From contig OZ219874.1 in assembly GCA_964291495.2 (NCBI GenBank), positions 32,001-96,000 on the forward strand: a DNA stretch of 64,000 bases, given 5' to 3'. This document shows, piece after piece, positions 1 to 10,689 of the stretch (within the stretch, counting starts at the first letter, position 1; each line of letters starts with the position of its first letter). Origin of the DNA: Dehalococcoidia bacterium. Its GTDB lineage: Bacteria > Chloroflexota > Dehalococcoidia > UBA2979. A program made the position numbers and the translations under genes. Under the pieces are notes generated by a model that had not been told where the DNA came from, searched no databases, and worked only from the letters and a program-made list of their open reading frames with translations.

Positions 1-353
1 TTCGTAACCTTGAGGGCCGCCGTGTCGACCTCCGGGTTGAGACGGTTGCTGCGCCTCGACAGTTGCAGGGCGGGCTCGCCTTTGAATTCGGCCCGCGCGA
101 TGCCCTTTCCATGGGGTCGGCCGTCCGCACGGACAAGGTCGGGGCGGACGAACAACGGGTAGACATCCGATCGTGGGTACTGGAAGCCGATCGCGAACGC
201 GACCCACGTTGCGCTTGGCGCATAGGTGGGCCCAAGCTCGATGGGATCGATCTTCACGATGGCGCCGCCGTCGTCAGTGCCGCAGGCGACGACGTCCGCG
301 TCGGGGAAGCAGGTCCGAAGCTCCCTGACAGCCTGTTCAACCTGCGCCTTCAT
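1..353 (-). CDS. Prokaryotic E2/UBC-like protein (BubB/Prok-E2-like), runs off the window edge
   Basis: Not in the ORF track. Hand translation from ATG 353 (GGAGG RBS upstream): MKAQVEQAVRELRTCFPD...TWVAFAIGFQYPRSDVYPLFVRPDLVRADG...ALQLSRRSNRLNPEVDTAALKVTK. The YP..YP and LSR...NP.VDT pattern resembles prokaryotic E2 folds, and it lies directly downstream of a Ubl gene. Confidence 0.6.
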   Translation of the reverse strand, partial: MKAQVEQAVRELRTCFPDADVVACGTDDGGAIVKIDPIELGPTYAPSATWVAFAIGFQYPRSDVYPLFVRPDLVRADGRPHGKGIARAEFKGEPALQLSRRSNRLNPEVDTAALKVT

Positions 354-369
354 CGGTCGCCGGCCTCCG

Positions 370-642
370 CTATGAGTTGTCGTCGCCGGCCGTAGCGACG
401 AAGGTCTTGAACTCCAGCACGTCGACTTTGTCAGCATCGCCGACGATCTGCTGCTTGCCATCCGGCTCGACCTTGGCCAATTGGAAGTCCAGCTCGATGG
501 CGACGCCCTGCTCGATCGACGCCTCCTTGATCTCGATACCGGTTGGCAGTCGGTCCTCGACGTCGACCGGCTTGCGATTCACGGATATGGGGAACGCGCC
601 CTTGCGGTCGTCCGGGGGCTTGCTGGTTCGCTCGCTCGTCAT
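370..642 (-). CDS. Multiubiquitin-domain / ubiquitin-like protein
   Basis: 90 aa. The pattern ISVNRKPVDV...TGIEIKEA...FQL...IVGDADKVDV...F fits a beta-grasp multiubiquitin domain. C-terminus is AGDDNS. Confidence 0.7.
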   Translation of the reverse strand: MTSERTSKPPDDRKGAFPISVNRKPVDVEDRLPTGIEIKEASIEQGVAIELDFQLAKVEPDGKQQIVGDADKVDVLEFKTFVATAGDDNS

Positions 643-699
643 GAGGTAACCTCCAATTGCGATCCAGACGGCCGGTTGCCGCTTGGTGATTGCACGGTA

Positions 700-718
700 G
701 CATCTCGGTTCGAGATGC
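700..718. promoter_or_regulatory. Palindromic operator candidate in the divergent promoter
   Basis: GCATCTCG-GTT-CGAGATGC, a perfect 8-bp inverted repeat between the Ubl gene and the HTH gene. Confidence 0.5.
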
Positions 719-737
719 GCAACTCGCGGAGGGAAGC

Positions 738-1103
738 ATGGATGGGAAGTTCGGGCGGTTCGACGGAGCTGCCTTCTTCGAGGCGCTCAACGCGACCCGT
801 CAGGCGCGGACGCTCACCTGGAAGCAGGTCGCTGCCGAGTCGGGGGTGAGCGCATCCACCCTCACTCGGATGGCACAGGGGAGGAGGCCAGACGTCGATG
901 GGCTCGCAGCTCTCGCGTCCTGGGCGGCCCTGAACACGGACGACTTCATCCGCTCTGAGGCGAAACAGGGGAACCCAGAGCCACTAGCGATGATCTCAAC
1001 GTACCTCAGAGCGGACAAGAACCTCACCCCCGAGGCCGCTGCGGCCTTGGACGAGGTGGTCAAGGTGACCTACCAGCACCTCAGACGCCTGGAGGAAGAG
1101 TGA
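738..1103 (+). CDS. XRE-family HTH regulator (CapH-like)
   Basis: LTWKQVAAESGVSASTLTRMAQGRRPD helix-turn-helix. GGAGGG RBS before ATG 738; overlaps the next gene (GTGA). Confidence 0.85.
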   Translation: MDGKFGRFDGAAFFEALNATRQARTLTWKQVAAESGVSASTLTRMAQGRRPDVDGLAALASWAALNTDDFIRSEAKQGNPEPLAMISTYLRADKNLTPEAAAALDEVVKVTYQHLRRLEEE

Positions 1104-1696
1104 AGCTGCAGCACGGTTTCAAGTCTCAGGCTGCCGCACTCGCGGAGGAGGTGCGGGTCGAACTCGGGCTCACGCCGTTCGATCGGCTTGATCCTCACGC
1201 ACTCGCTGCGCACCTGGACATCCCGGTCGTACCTCTCAGCGAACTCGCGGCCGAGTCCGCTGGCGCCGAGTACTTCCTGACTGCAGCCCAAGAGGCGTTC
1301 TCAGGCCTAACCGTCTTCGACGGTGCGCGGCGGATCATCGTGTACAACGACTCACACCCCCCCGCGCGCCAGAACAGCGACATCGCCCACGAAGTCAGCC
1401 ATGCGCTCCTGATGCACGAGCCTACCCCCGCGCTGGATAGCGTTACGGGATGCCGGGAGTGGAACGGCACGCGAGAGGATGAAGCGGCTTGGCTCAGTGG
1501 TGAGTTGCTGGTGACCGGGAACATGGCCCTAGCGATCGCTCGGGGCCGATTCACCGAGAGTCAGGCTCGCGAACGTCTAGGCGTAAGCGCGAGGATGCTC
1601 GAGTGGCGCCTCAACATGAGCGGTGCGCGTAAGCGCGCGGCGAGGGAGAGAGCGCGGCGAACGCCTCGCCGTCGAACAGCAGGGGCTCCGCGATGA
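1100..1696 (+). CDS. ImmA/IrrE-family Zn metallopeptidase (CapP-like)
   Basis: IVYNDSHPPARQNSDIAHEVSH (HExxH) and a downstream EDEAAW motif; coupled to the XRE gene. Confidence 0.85.
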   Translation: MKLQHGFKSQAAALAEEVRVELGLTPFDRLDPHALAAHLDIPVVPLSELAAESAGAEYFLTAAQEAFSGLTVFDGARRIIVYNDSHPPARQNSDIAHEVSHALLMHEPTPALDSVTGCREWNGTREDEAAWLSGELLVTGNMALAIARGRFTESQARERLGVSARMLEWRLNMSGARKRAARERARRTPRRRTAGAPR

Positions 1697-1981
1697 GGGC
1701 TATCGGCCGGCGGGGGCGAGTTTCGAGGCTCGAAGGCCCACTTTCCCTTTCGACCGACGGATCCGGTACCCACTCGCAGAACCGCACTTGGCTCTCTGGC
1801 CCACTGTAGAGAGAGTAGTGGGTCTGTCGAGATAGGCCGACACGACCACGACGACCGCTCGAGCCTCCAAGCGAGTGAGAGTGGCACGATACTTGCGCGC
1901 GACCCGGGTGTAGTCGACGCGGGAGCCTTGAGTCGTCCCACCCTGTGGTCGCGACCGGCACCTTTGCTCTGACCGGAGGGT

Positions 1982-3043
1982 CTAGAGGTCTGGGCCCGCA
2001 CCGCCGTCCCACTGCCGGAACTCCTCGGGCAGGATCTTCAGGAGAGCGTCGGGGTCCATCCCGTACACGTCGTACGTGCGCTCGAGCTGGTCGAGCACGC
2101 GGACCAGGTGGCGGAGACCGCCCCGACTGAAGTTGAAGCCCCTCTTCTGCTGCGCACCGTGCGTGTAGAGGCGCAGGATTAGCGGGACGACCCCGAGCGA
2201 ATTGAAGATGCGTATCGCACCGAACGACCGCTGCGCGATGTCGCCCCACCACGTCAGCTCCCTGTCGAGAAGGAACGCCGCGCTCTCGCCATGTTGTTCG
2301 TAGAGGCGCCACGATCCCCAGAGGTAGTGCCGGAACCGGAGTTGGTAGGACCGGGCGGCGACATCGCGGCGATCGACGACGAACGTCTCGTCGAGCGGGG
2401 ACAGTTGAACGATGCCGTTGTCGCGACGCACGGTCTCCGCGAAGTAGAACATGCCCAGCCAGGACCACACCCCGGCATGGTCGGCCACGAGATGCGCGAT
2501 CGGCTTTAGCAGGGGCTCGAAGTACTCAGCGGCGTCGCGGCGTGTGCGGAACGCGCGGCGCTCGACCTCGATCTCACCGACGAACCGGGCTGCGTAGCGC
2601 TCGTCGTAGAGCAGGTCGGGCGGGGGTTCGGTGGGATCCCTCGGGTCGTCACGCAGGCCCGCGAGGAACTCACGTGCTCGCTCGATGCCGGCGGGGGTCA
2701 GGCGGCGCAACCGCTGGCGTTCGCTCCGGCGCGGCTGTCCCAGGCCGGCGCTCACGGTCTCGGCCATTCGCTTGAGTTCCTGCGACGGGGACGGATCGGG
2801 CGGAGCCTCGCCGCCGAGCAGTTGCGCGGTAAGGGCGTCGATGGCCTGGTTGATCCGAGCCAGTATGGTCGCGCGACGCACCTTGTAGCCCGGCACGCCA
2901 GAAACCTGAACGAAAGCTCCCCACTCGGGCGTTCCCGGCTCTGCATAATTTCGGAGGTTCACACGGCGTGGGGCGCCCTCTTCCCCGAGTACGTCACGTA
3001 TCTCGCGGAGCCTCGACAGCGCATCGCGGTTGTGATCGTTCAT
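1982..3043 (-). CDS. Hypothetical protein, third gene of the GHKL-ATPase module
   Basis: ATG 3043 overlaps the upstream stop (ATGA). Globular sequence LRRLTPAGIERAREFL...GVWSWLGMFYF...YQLRFRHYLWG. Confidence 0.7.
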   Translation of the reverse strand: MNDHNRDALSRLREIRDVLGEEGAPRRVNLRNYAEPGTPEWGAFVQVSGVPGYKVRRATILARINQAIDALTAQLLGGEAPPDPSPSQELKRMAETVSAGLGQPRRSERQRLRRLTPAGIERAREFLAGLRDDPRDPTEPPPDLLYDERYAARFVGEIEVERRAFRTRRDAAEYFEPLLKPIAHLVADHAGVWSWLGMFYFAETVRRDNGIVQLSPLDETFVVDRRDVAARSYQLRFRHYLWGSWRLYEQHGESAAFLLDRELTWWGDIAQRSFGAIRIFNSLGVVPLILRLYTHGAQQKRGFNFSRGGLRHLVRVLDQLERTYDVYGMDPDALLKILPEEFRQWDGGAGPDL

Positions 3044-3819
3044 GATCTGCGCCCGTGAATCGCGTTGTTGTAAGCGTCGGCCGCGTCCAGGCGGACATCC
3101 GCGAAGGCACCTACCACACGGTCGACCCACCGGTTCGCCGCGGCGATGTCGGCGTCCGTCGTCCCTTGGTGCTGCAGGTGAGGGGGCTCCTCGTCGGGGA
3201 GCAGCGCCTGGGCGATCTCGAACCATCCTCCCCACGGGCCTTCATCGTCGTCCGGGTCTTGTCGCTCGACGAGCACGACGTGGGCGAGAATCGTGCGAAG
3301 CACGTCGGGCATCACCAGCGAACGGAACGCCTCGTCGCTGCGAACGATCTCGCTGATCCCGTCGACGGACGCGTTGATGAGCAGCTCTGGTCTGTCCATC
3401 CCATCGCCGAAGTCCACGCGCCACACTTCGTCGCCCAACTCGTCGCTCTCACGTACGGGCAGGAGCGACCTGCGAGGCAGGACTGGCCGGATGTTCGGCG
3501 CGTGTCCGAGTAGCAGCCCAGAACCGTCGCCGGCCACGACGATCACGCGGAATTGCGCCGATGCGGGGACATCGGATAGTTGCCGCTCTTCGTCACTGGG
3601 CGGGTCGAGCGCGCCGGCAGTGCCGTAGTCCCAGCGCTGCACTGCGTTACTGCGCCACGCCTCCACCCGCACCTGGGCGTCATCCGGGAAGCCATAACCC
3701 GACAGGTCGAGGCTTGCGTCGAAGATTGGCGCGTCTTCACCCTCCGGAGCGCGCACGGATACCTGCGCGTGGTTCCGCGATATGCGCCTCCGCCCGGTGT
3801 GGTTGAGTCGACTCCTCAC
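3040..3819 (-). CDS. Hypothetical protein, second gene of the GHKL-ATPase module
   Basis: 259 aa starting RSRLNHTGRRRI; 4-bp overlaps with both neighbours. Confidence 0.75.
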   Translation of the reverse strand: MRSRLNHTGRRRISRNHAQVSVRAPEGEDAPIFDASLDLSGYGFPDDAQVRVEAWRSNAVQRWDYGTAGALDPPSDEERQLSDVPASAQFRVIVVAGDGSGLLLGHAPNIRPVLPRRSLLPVRESDELGDEVWRVDFGDGMDRPELLINASVDGISEIVRSDEAFRSLVMPDVLRTILAHVVLVERQDPDDDEGPWGGWFEIAQALLPDEEPPHLQHQGTTDADIAAANRWVDRVVGAFADVRLDAADAYNNAIHGRRS

Positions 3820-5534
3820 GGCGAACCGTCCCCATCTGGGGAGTCGTCGGATGACTCGATCCGCTGCAGATCAATGATCACATCGCGATCGTCGAGGCCG
3901 GTCACGTCGAGACGGATGTCGCCAGCAAGCACTCGGAACCGGATGGAGTTGTCCGCAGTACGCTCAATCTCCGCGGAGCGCGCAAGCACCTCAACCTGCC
4001 CCGATCCGATGGAGAAGTCGGGGACACTTTGTCGGGCGCCTTGATCGAACAGGCTGAACGCGTTCCCTCGGACGACGTCATACGCGAATCGCAGCGTCCA
4101 CTCTGAGCCCACAATCTCGGAGCCTCGTGGGGTCGTCACAAAGAAGCCGGACGCTGTTCGGCTCGCATGCAAGGCCGGCGGGGGAGGCAGTGGCGGTGGA
4201 GGTGGAGGCGGGTCGCCTCCGCGGCGACCGCTCTTCGTGCGGCCGCGGATGTCTGCTGGATCAGCAGGGAACAGATCAGCGAGGGCGTCGAACTGCTGCT
4301 CGTCGGGTCGCTCGGCGAGGCGTTGCAGCATGAGCACGGCAGCTCGCCTGACTTCCTGAACGCGGCCGTACCCGCCGACCCAGTGGTCCTTGAGACGCTG
4401 CTCGTGCGGATCCCACGAGACGTGCGCCGGTCCTTCCGAGTCCCTGAGCAGATGCGCCAGCTCCGAATGTCCGTCTACGACCACGAGCACTCTCGCCCTG
4501 TAGCGCGTGATGTGATCCATCCTCGGGATGCTGAGGTGGCCCCGAACGAAGTAGTCGTGACCGCTCGACAGGCCGTCCGCCCGCTCGAGATACATCTGGA
4601 AGGTAGTCGCCGTGCGCTCAGCGGATCCCCTGCGCCGAACCCGGGTCTCGAGCTCGAACGCCAGCCGATCCCCGCGCTCGTAGCGTTCTCTCAAATCCTC
4701 GAGATCAAGCAACTCAATGGTGTTGTTAGCACTTGTGGGCACTTGCAGCGTGATGTGCGCTTCGTCATCAAGCTGAACCGCCCATTGCGCTAGCCGGATC
4801 ACTCCCGCGAGTGAGTCGGGTGACTCCTCGTCGTGAGCGTTCTCGGTGGCAGGCATCTCGATGTCGACGACCTCGCGAGCGATCGTTTCGGCGCTGATGG
4901 TCCGCTGCCGTTCACCCGGCGCTCGGACCTCGACCGTGAGATCCCCCCGGACGATCGGAAGGAAGTACTGTGTGATCACGGCCCGCGCTATCGCGCCGGG
5001 CGTGAGGTCTTCCTTCGGGAACGGCACGATCACCGACAGGCCGGGATGGTCCAGTCTGTCGAGCCGAAAATCAGAGAGCGTCTGGAGAACGAAGTCGGGG
5101 TCGTCCCTGGAGTCGATGGGAAGCGGCAGCCACTCGTCGTCTCGTGTGTCCGTCTCCGCAGCGAACTGGCCATAGGGCGGGTGCTTGGTCTCGTCGACAG
5201 TGTGTGTCCTCAGGACCGCCATCCCCATGAGCAACGTGCGATCCTCGCCAACACGCTGAGTTGCGCCGATGTACGCGTTCACCCTGGATGCGTCAGGGAA
5301 GACCCACTTCCCCAGCCCCCACGAACCGCCCGCATCCTCACCCTTGGGTGAGATACCGATGCTTCGGAAGAAGCCCCAGAAGTCGTTACCTGGCTCCTTC
5401 GGGTGATTCGCCTCAATGTCGCCGGCAAGGCCGGTCGTGCCGAAGTCCTCGACCGCAACCCATGGCATCGGCCCGTCCAGGCACGCCAGAGCCTCGTCGA
5501 TGGCTTCGCGCTCTGCAGCGTCGGCGCTCCCCCG
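3816..5534 (-). pseudogene. GHKL (Hsp90/MORC-like) ATPase-domain protein, 5'-truncated
   Basis: VEDFGTTGL (G1-like) and GGSWGLGK (G2-like) motifs. No ExxxN N-box or plausible start; the upstream in-frame sequence is the antisense of another gene. 5' limit approximate. Confidence 0.65.
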
Positions 5535-6187
5535 ATGAGTGGCGGATCTTGCCCGAGTTGATCCGCGCTCGGCGTGGCCTCGAACTCCACGAGTTGGAGT
5601 CGGACGCCGAGCGTCGCGCGAGGATCGCCGGGCGCGAGGCTGCGGAGCGCGACACCGAGCGGGCGCGGCGTAACGCCGAACGGGAGCGCCGCGAGACGGA
5701 GGACTGGCCCGACGCCTTCGACCGCGCCCGCCAGGAGGGTGAGGCGCGTCTGGCCCGCGAGGAAGAGGAGCGAGCCGCCTCCCGCGAGGCCGAGGAGCAA
5801 GAACGCCTCGACCGAGCAGCCGAGGTTGCTCGCCGCCGCGAGGAGGCACGGCGGGCGCAGCGCGAGCGGCAGGAGCGCGACCGTCGCGAGGCTGAGGAGC
5901 GCTCCCGCCGCGATCAGGAGGAGCACCAGGCGCGTCGCGAAGCTGAGAAGCAGGCCGCCCTGGACGAAGCGGGACGAGCAGATCACGAAGAGACAGACCT
6001 CGAGCGCCGTGACGAAGAAGCCGAGCTCCCGCCAAACGGGGCCCGGGAGGCCGCGCCCCGGTCGCCGCGGCCGGCGAGCAGGCACGAAGGCGGCTCGATC
6101 GAGGACGGAGAGCGCGGGACTTATCGCGTCGAGAGGGAAGGGGCCGCCTCATCCGCGGCAGCGCCGCCGCCGGCACAGGAGGACGCC
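5531..6187 (+). pseudogene. E/R-rich coiled-coil protein fragment, no start codon
   Basis: ERERRETE...REAEEQERLDRAAEVARRREE charged helix; head-to-head with the truncated GHKL gene. Confidence 0.45.
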
Positions 6188-7250
6188 ATGTCGAATGACA
6201 GGCACGACGACGCTGAACTCGAAGCCCGCCTGCAGGAGCTGGCGGAACTCGCCGACGAGGGCCTGATCTCGCCGGAGGAGTACGCCGAGCGCCGCGAGCG
6301 CGTTGCCGCCACGGGTGCCGAGGCGGCGGAAGCCCTGACCGCTGCGAACGCGTCAAACGATGCAGACGAGGCGTCGAACGACGAGGACGACGGAACGGAC
6401 ACGGCAGACGCTCCAGGTGCGGGTGAGCCGGATGAGTTCCCGGCAGTCGACGACGACGCGGAGGACGATGGGGCGTCCGACGATGAGCCGCCGACGGACG
6501 AGGACGCACAAGTTGACGCGCTATCGCAGACGCCGGGCGGGGTCGCCCGGGATCTCCGGGGCTACGCGCGGCGGTTGAAGGGCAGGGGCGAGGAGGGCCT
6601 GGCCGACGCCGTGCGCGAATACGCGGAGCGCGTCAGGGGCGTCGAGCGGGGCGAGTTGCCGGCCGTGCTCAGTGTGGCGCCTGCGGCCATCGCCCCTGAG
6701 ATGGTCGGTGCGGCGCTGGTCCGACGCAGGCTGGAAGGCTTCCTCGAGTTCTTCCGCAACGTCCTCATCTTCATGCCCGTGCTGTGGACCTGGCTCAAGC
6801 TCCAGGCCGCCGTCGACGCTTACACGCCCGGCCCGGAGCAGAACTTCTTCGACTTTTGGGTAGAGACCGGCTCATCGCACTGGCTCTTGGGCGGGCCGCT
6901 GACTCATGCCGCCCTGCAGGTCGCGGTCGTCCTCGTCCTGCTCGTCGTCGTCAACTCCCTCCTCGGCATCTTGAGCGGGCGTACCGAGCGGCGGAGGGAG
7001 CGAGAGGCGCGGAGCTTCGCCGCTGTGCTGGCCCGCGCCGAAGCAGCGGGCGCGGCCCACCGGGCCGAAGACCCGCAGTCGACGCTGGCAGGCTTCGCCG
7101 TCGCCGCCACCGGTCTTACGACGGAGCTGCGCTCCGTCGGAGAGGGGCTGCAACGCTCGGCCACCCCCTTCGCCGAGTCTGTCGAGCTGGCGCGGCAGGC
7201 GTTGACCGAGACATCCGGGGCAGTCGCAAGCCAGCAACGGCGACTCGACC
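6188..7250 (+). pseudogene. SHOCT-like domain + acidic linker + 2-TM membrane protein, 3'-truncated
   Basis: AGGAGG RBS + ATG 6188. LQELAELADEGLISPEEYAERR is SHOCT-like; two hydrophobic segments follow. Runs into the duplicated block at 7248. Confidence 0.55.
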
Positions 7251-8001
7251 TCCGATCGTTCAACAGGAAGGAGCGCTTCATTCCTGCTGCGCGAGGCCCT
7301 CGGCGGCGACACCCTCGGCGACGACTTCCGCGAGCGGCTCGGCGAAGCCATCGGTGTTGCGATCCCCGAGGACGCGTTCGTCGCGATGGACTACCACCTC
7401 GACTGGCTGCAGATGGCGCTCTACCTGGCAGCCAATCCCTCGCCGCCGGAGCGTATCCGCAACGACGGACTCGTCTCCGGGAACCAGGAAGACGCGGACC
7501 TGATCGTCGCGTTCGAGGGGGACTCGACGACGCACGTCGCCCTGGTTGAAGCGAAGGTCGAGACGAACTGGGCGAACAGGCAGCTCAAGTCGAAGGCCGG
7601 GCGGCTTAGCCGGATCTTCGGCGAAGGGCGGCCCGGGGTTCACCTGGCGACGCCCCACTACGTGCTCGCATCACCCGAACCGCCCTCTCCGGGCATCAGC
7701 ACCGCCGGTTGGCCCGAGTGGATGAGGCCCCATGACGAGCCGGTCTGGATCGAGCTCAGGAGGCCGGCCCGGCTCAAGAAGCCGACGCGCTGTACGGCGC
7801 ACGGGAAGACCTCGCGGCGGGGCCGCTTCGTGAAGATCGAATCGGTGAGCGGCTACGCCCAGCCGGCAGCGTCGGGAGTCGGTCCGCACGAGGTCGTGCA
7901 TAAGGGCCAGGCGTACACCGTCGACTCTGAGGGCTTCGTCCTGCTCGCCTCGGGCCGCCGCGACAAGCGCTACAAGTACCCGCTCGGTCAGCGGTCCTGA
8001 G
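7248..8001 (+). repeat. 754-bp direct repeat copy 1 (of 21056..21809); 5'-truncated putative PD-(D/E)xK nuclease-like pseudogene
   Basis: Constant 13,808-bp offset from copy 2. I noticed two substitutions (7686, 7987). Encodes EDADLIV...LVEAK. Confidence 0.9.
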
Positions 8002-8294
8002 TGCGAAGCTGCTCGATCCGCCGCAGCACGGCCGTCACGAGTCCGGACTCGATCGCATCCGCTACAGCCCCTTCGCCGAAGCGCTCGGAGCGGATCACCA
8101 CAGTGAGGAGGCGCACGAGGTCGAGCGCGGTCGCCTGCTCGATCGCCCCTCGGTCGTCCCAAAGGCGCCGCGCCTCCGGCGTCTCCTCCCAGGCGGGCCA
8201 ATCGAAGTCGGGGCTCACCCATCCGTCGCGGTAGGCGACGTCGAAGAACCGGGAAGTGAGTTCCGAGTGCTCGAACCAGGGCAGCGCGAAGGCC
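7988..8294 (-). pseudogene. DUF6508-like domain fragment
   Basis: FDWPAW...LVRLLTVVIRSERFGEGAV...ESGLVTAVLRRI; no start of its own. Confidence 0.6.
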
Positions 8295-8527
8295 CAGTCA
8301 CCGAGCGCCACGGTCGGATACGGAGAGACTGTACGCGAGTGCGACAACTGCCGGATGGCGGCCCATTGCTCGAACTCCCTCCCACCCACCTCGTAAGGTC
8401 GGGCAAGCAGTGCTCGTTCGAACGCGAGTGAGTCGAACGAGGGGCCGGGCTCGCAGAGTATCTCGAGATTCCCGACCGCGTCGTAGCTCATCCCACGCAT
8501 CGTGAGATTCGCTGAGCCAACCAATCG
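8295..8527 (-). pseudogene. Phospholipase D-like (nuclease) domain fragment fused in frame to the DUF6508 piece
   Basis: LVGSANLT.RG...NLE motif; the HxK half of the active site is absent. Confidence 0.55.
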
Positions 8528-8529
8528 CG

Positions 8530-10064
8530 CTTCGGATTCGCGCGCTGAACTCCGTGGGCCCGAGCGGGGCGAGCGACGCGGTCAGCGCCATGCCCATAGC
8601 CACCATCACCCCTCCCCCATCCATGGAGCCGGACCGTCCCACGGGCCTAACGGCGACGGAGGGCGACGATAGCATCGATCTCGAATGGACGGACCCGAGC
8701 GACTCGAGCATCAACGGCTACGAGTACTGCACGAACATCACCTCCGCCGCCGCCTGCACTTCCGCCTCGTGGCAAACGATCAGCGGCGCCACGGCCGCGA
8801 CGACCATGCACACGATCTCCGGCCTGACGAACGGCACGACGTACTACGTCAAGATCCGCGCGCTCGACCCCGTGGGCCCGAGCGACGCGAGCGACGAGGT
8901 CAACGACACCCCTATGGCCACCACCACGCCGCCAACCCCGACGCCCACGACATACGCGCTGGCGGCGACGGCGGGCGCGGGTGGGAGCGTGAGCTGCGCC
9001 ACGGACTCGGGACCGGTGTCGTGTTCCGGGACGTTCGTGGCGGGGACGGCGGTGACGGTCACCGCGGACCTCGACGACGGCTACCAGGTCGACTCATGGG
9101 GCGGCGACTGCAGTGGCGACGGGACAACCTGCACCGTGGACATGGACGCCAACAAGACGGCGAGCGTCACGTTCGAGGCGATCCCGCCGACTCCGCTGCC
9201 CGTCGTGACGATGACGCTGTCGTCATTCCAGTCGGCCTCGGTCACCGAAGGCGCCACGATTACCTTCCGCGTCATCCGCAGCGGCAGCACGGCGGTGCCC
9301 CTCGCGGTGACGTGGAGCGTCACGGAGTCCGGGGCTTCATCTCAGGCACCCCGCAGACCATCGGGGCCGGCAACATGGGCGGAATGTTCACAGTCGACAC
9401 CGCCAGCGACGGCGTGGACGAGCCGGACGGGAGCGTCACGGCCAGCGTCACGGGTGATGGCAGCACCTACACGATCGGCAGTCCGTCCTCAGCCACGGTC
9501 ACCGTGAACGACGACGACGAAACCCTCACCACGTCTGCGGGCGCGAACGGCACGATCTACCCGAGTCCGGGCGATCACGTGTACACGCGCGGCACGCCCG
9601 TCACCGTCACGGCGACGCCCGACGACGGCTACCGGGTCGCCTCGTGGGGCGGGGACTGTGGTGGTAAGGGGCTTACCTGCCAGCTCACCATGGACGCGAA
9701 CAAGACGGCGAGCGTCAGCTTCGAGGCACTCCCCAGGTACAGCCTCAGCGCCTCGATCGAGGAGTTGAACGACTGCGGGGGTTGGGACTGTGGGGGGAGT
9801 GTGAGCCCGACATCCGGGACGTACACGCACGGCACCACGGTCACGGTCACGGCGACCCTTGACGACCTTACCTTCCTCGACCACTGGAAGAAGACCGTGG
9901 GCGGCGTTACGACCACGCACTCGGGCGATACGCTCTCATTCGACATCACCGGGGACACCACCGTGACCGGATACATCCGATCCGTGTGCGAAGTCATGAT
10001 CGAGATCTGCACCCTCCGCGACGAGGACTCCGACGGCGACGGCCAGCAGCCGGTGCCGCCGTAG
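8530..10064 (+). pseudogene. Surface protein with FN3, InlB B-type repeats and a Calx-beta-like domain; 5'-truncated, frameshift near 9333
   Basis: PTGLTA..GD..I.LEW...GYEY...GLTNGTTYYVKIRA (FN3); VTVTATPDDGYRVASWGGDC (B-repeat); DGVDEPDGSVT. Split over ORFs 8554..9507 and 8685..10064. Confidence 0.75.
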
Positions 10065-10689
10065 CCCTCGGGCACGCATCACGCGGAAGAGTGACGCCGG
10101 GCCGACCGGGCCCGTGCTCCCGCAGGGAGCACACCCTCCGATCGAGGGACATCGCCTCGCGCCGGACTCGCTCACTCGCGCCTGGCGCGCCGCGTGAGAG
10201 CGGCCGTTGGCTCGACGGCCGGCGATCCGGTGCATGGGCGGAGCAATTAGCCAAACTTAATACAGAACTTACGGGACCTGGGCGGTTGCACACCACATCT
10301 GACGTTTAGCTCACACGACTCCTGCTAACGTAGCGAGCACACGCCGTTTGGCAGCGGGGCCATATTCGACGCGGAGCAACGGGACCGAAGGCAGCGCTGC
10401 CAGCCGCCGCCACGGCTGGACCTCCGGCCATGTGTGCCACTCGAGTCGCCGGCAGCGGTCATGGGAATGTGCGGGTAGCGGGTTGAATCGGCAATTGCGA
10501 GGCGCTACATGACGCTGCTGTCTCCCCGCGGGCGGGCGGTCACCTCAACGGAGGAGGCGCCCCCGCGACTACCGGCAACTGATGTGCGAGCGGCCGCGGC
10601 TGGGTCCGGTGCTCGGAGGCTGCTCGCGAGAGCGGTGCAGAGCCCCTCGACCGCTCCACGGTTCAAGCCGAGCCGCAGGTAGGACGCAG

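Noticed and set aside
3816-6509. 897-aa ORF as a full-length protein
   Set aside because: The first ~325 aa are the antisense of the plus-strand coiled-coil gene; only the distal part is protein-like.
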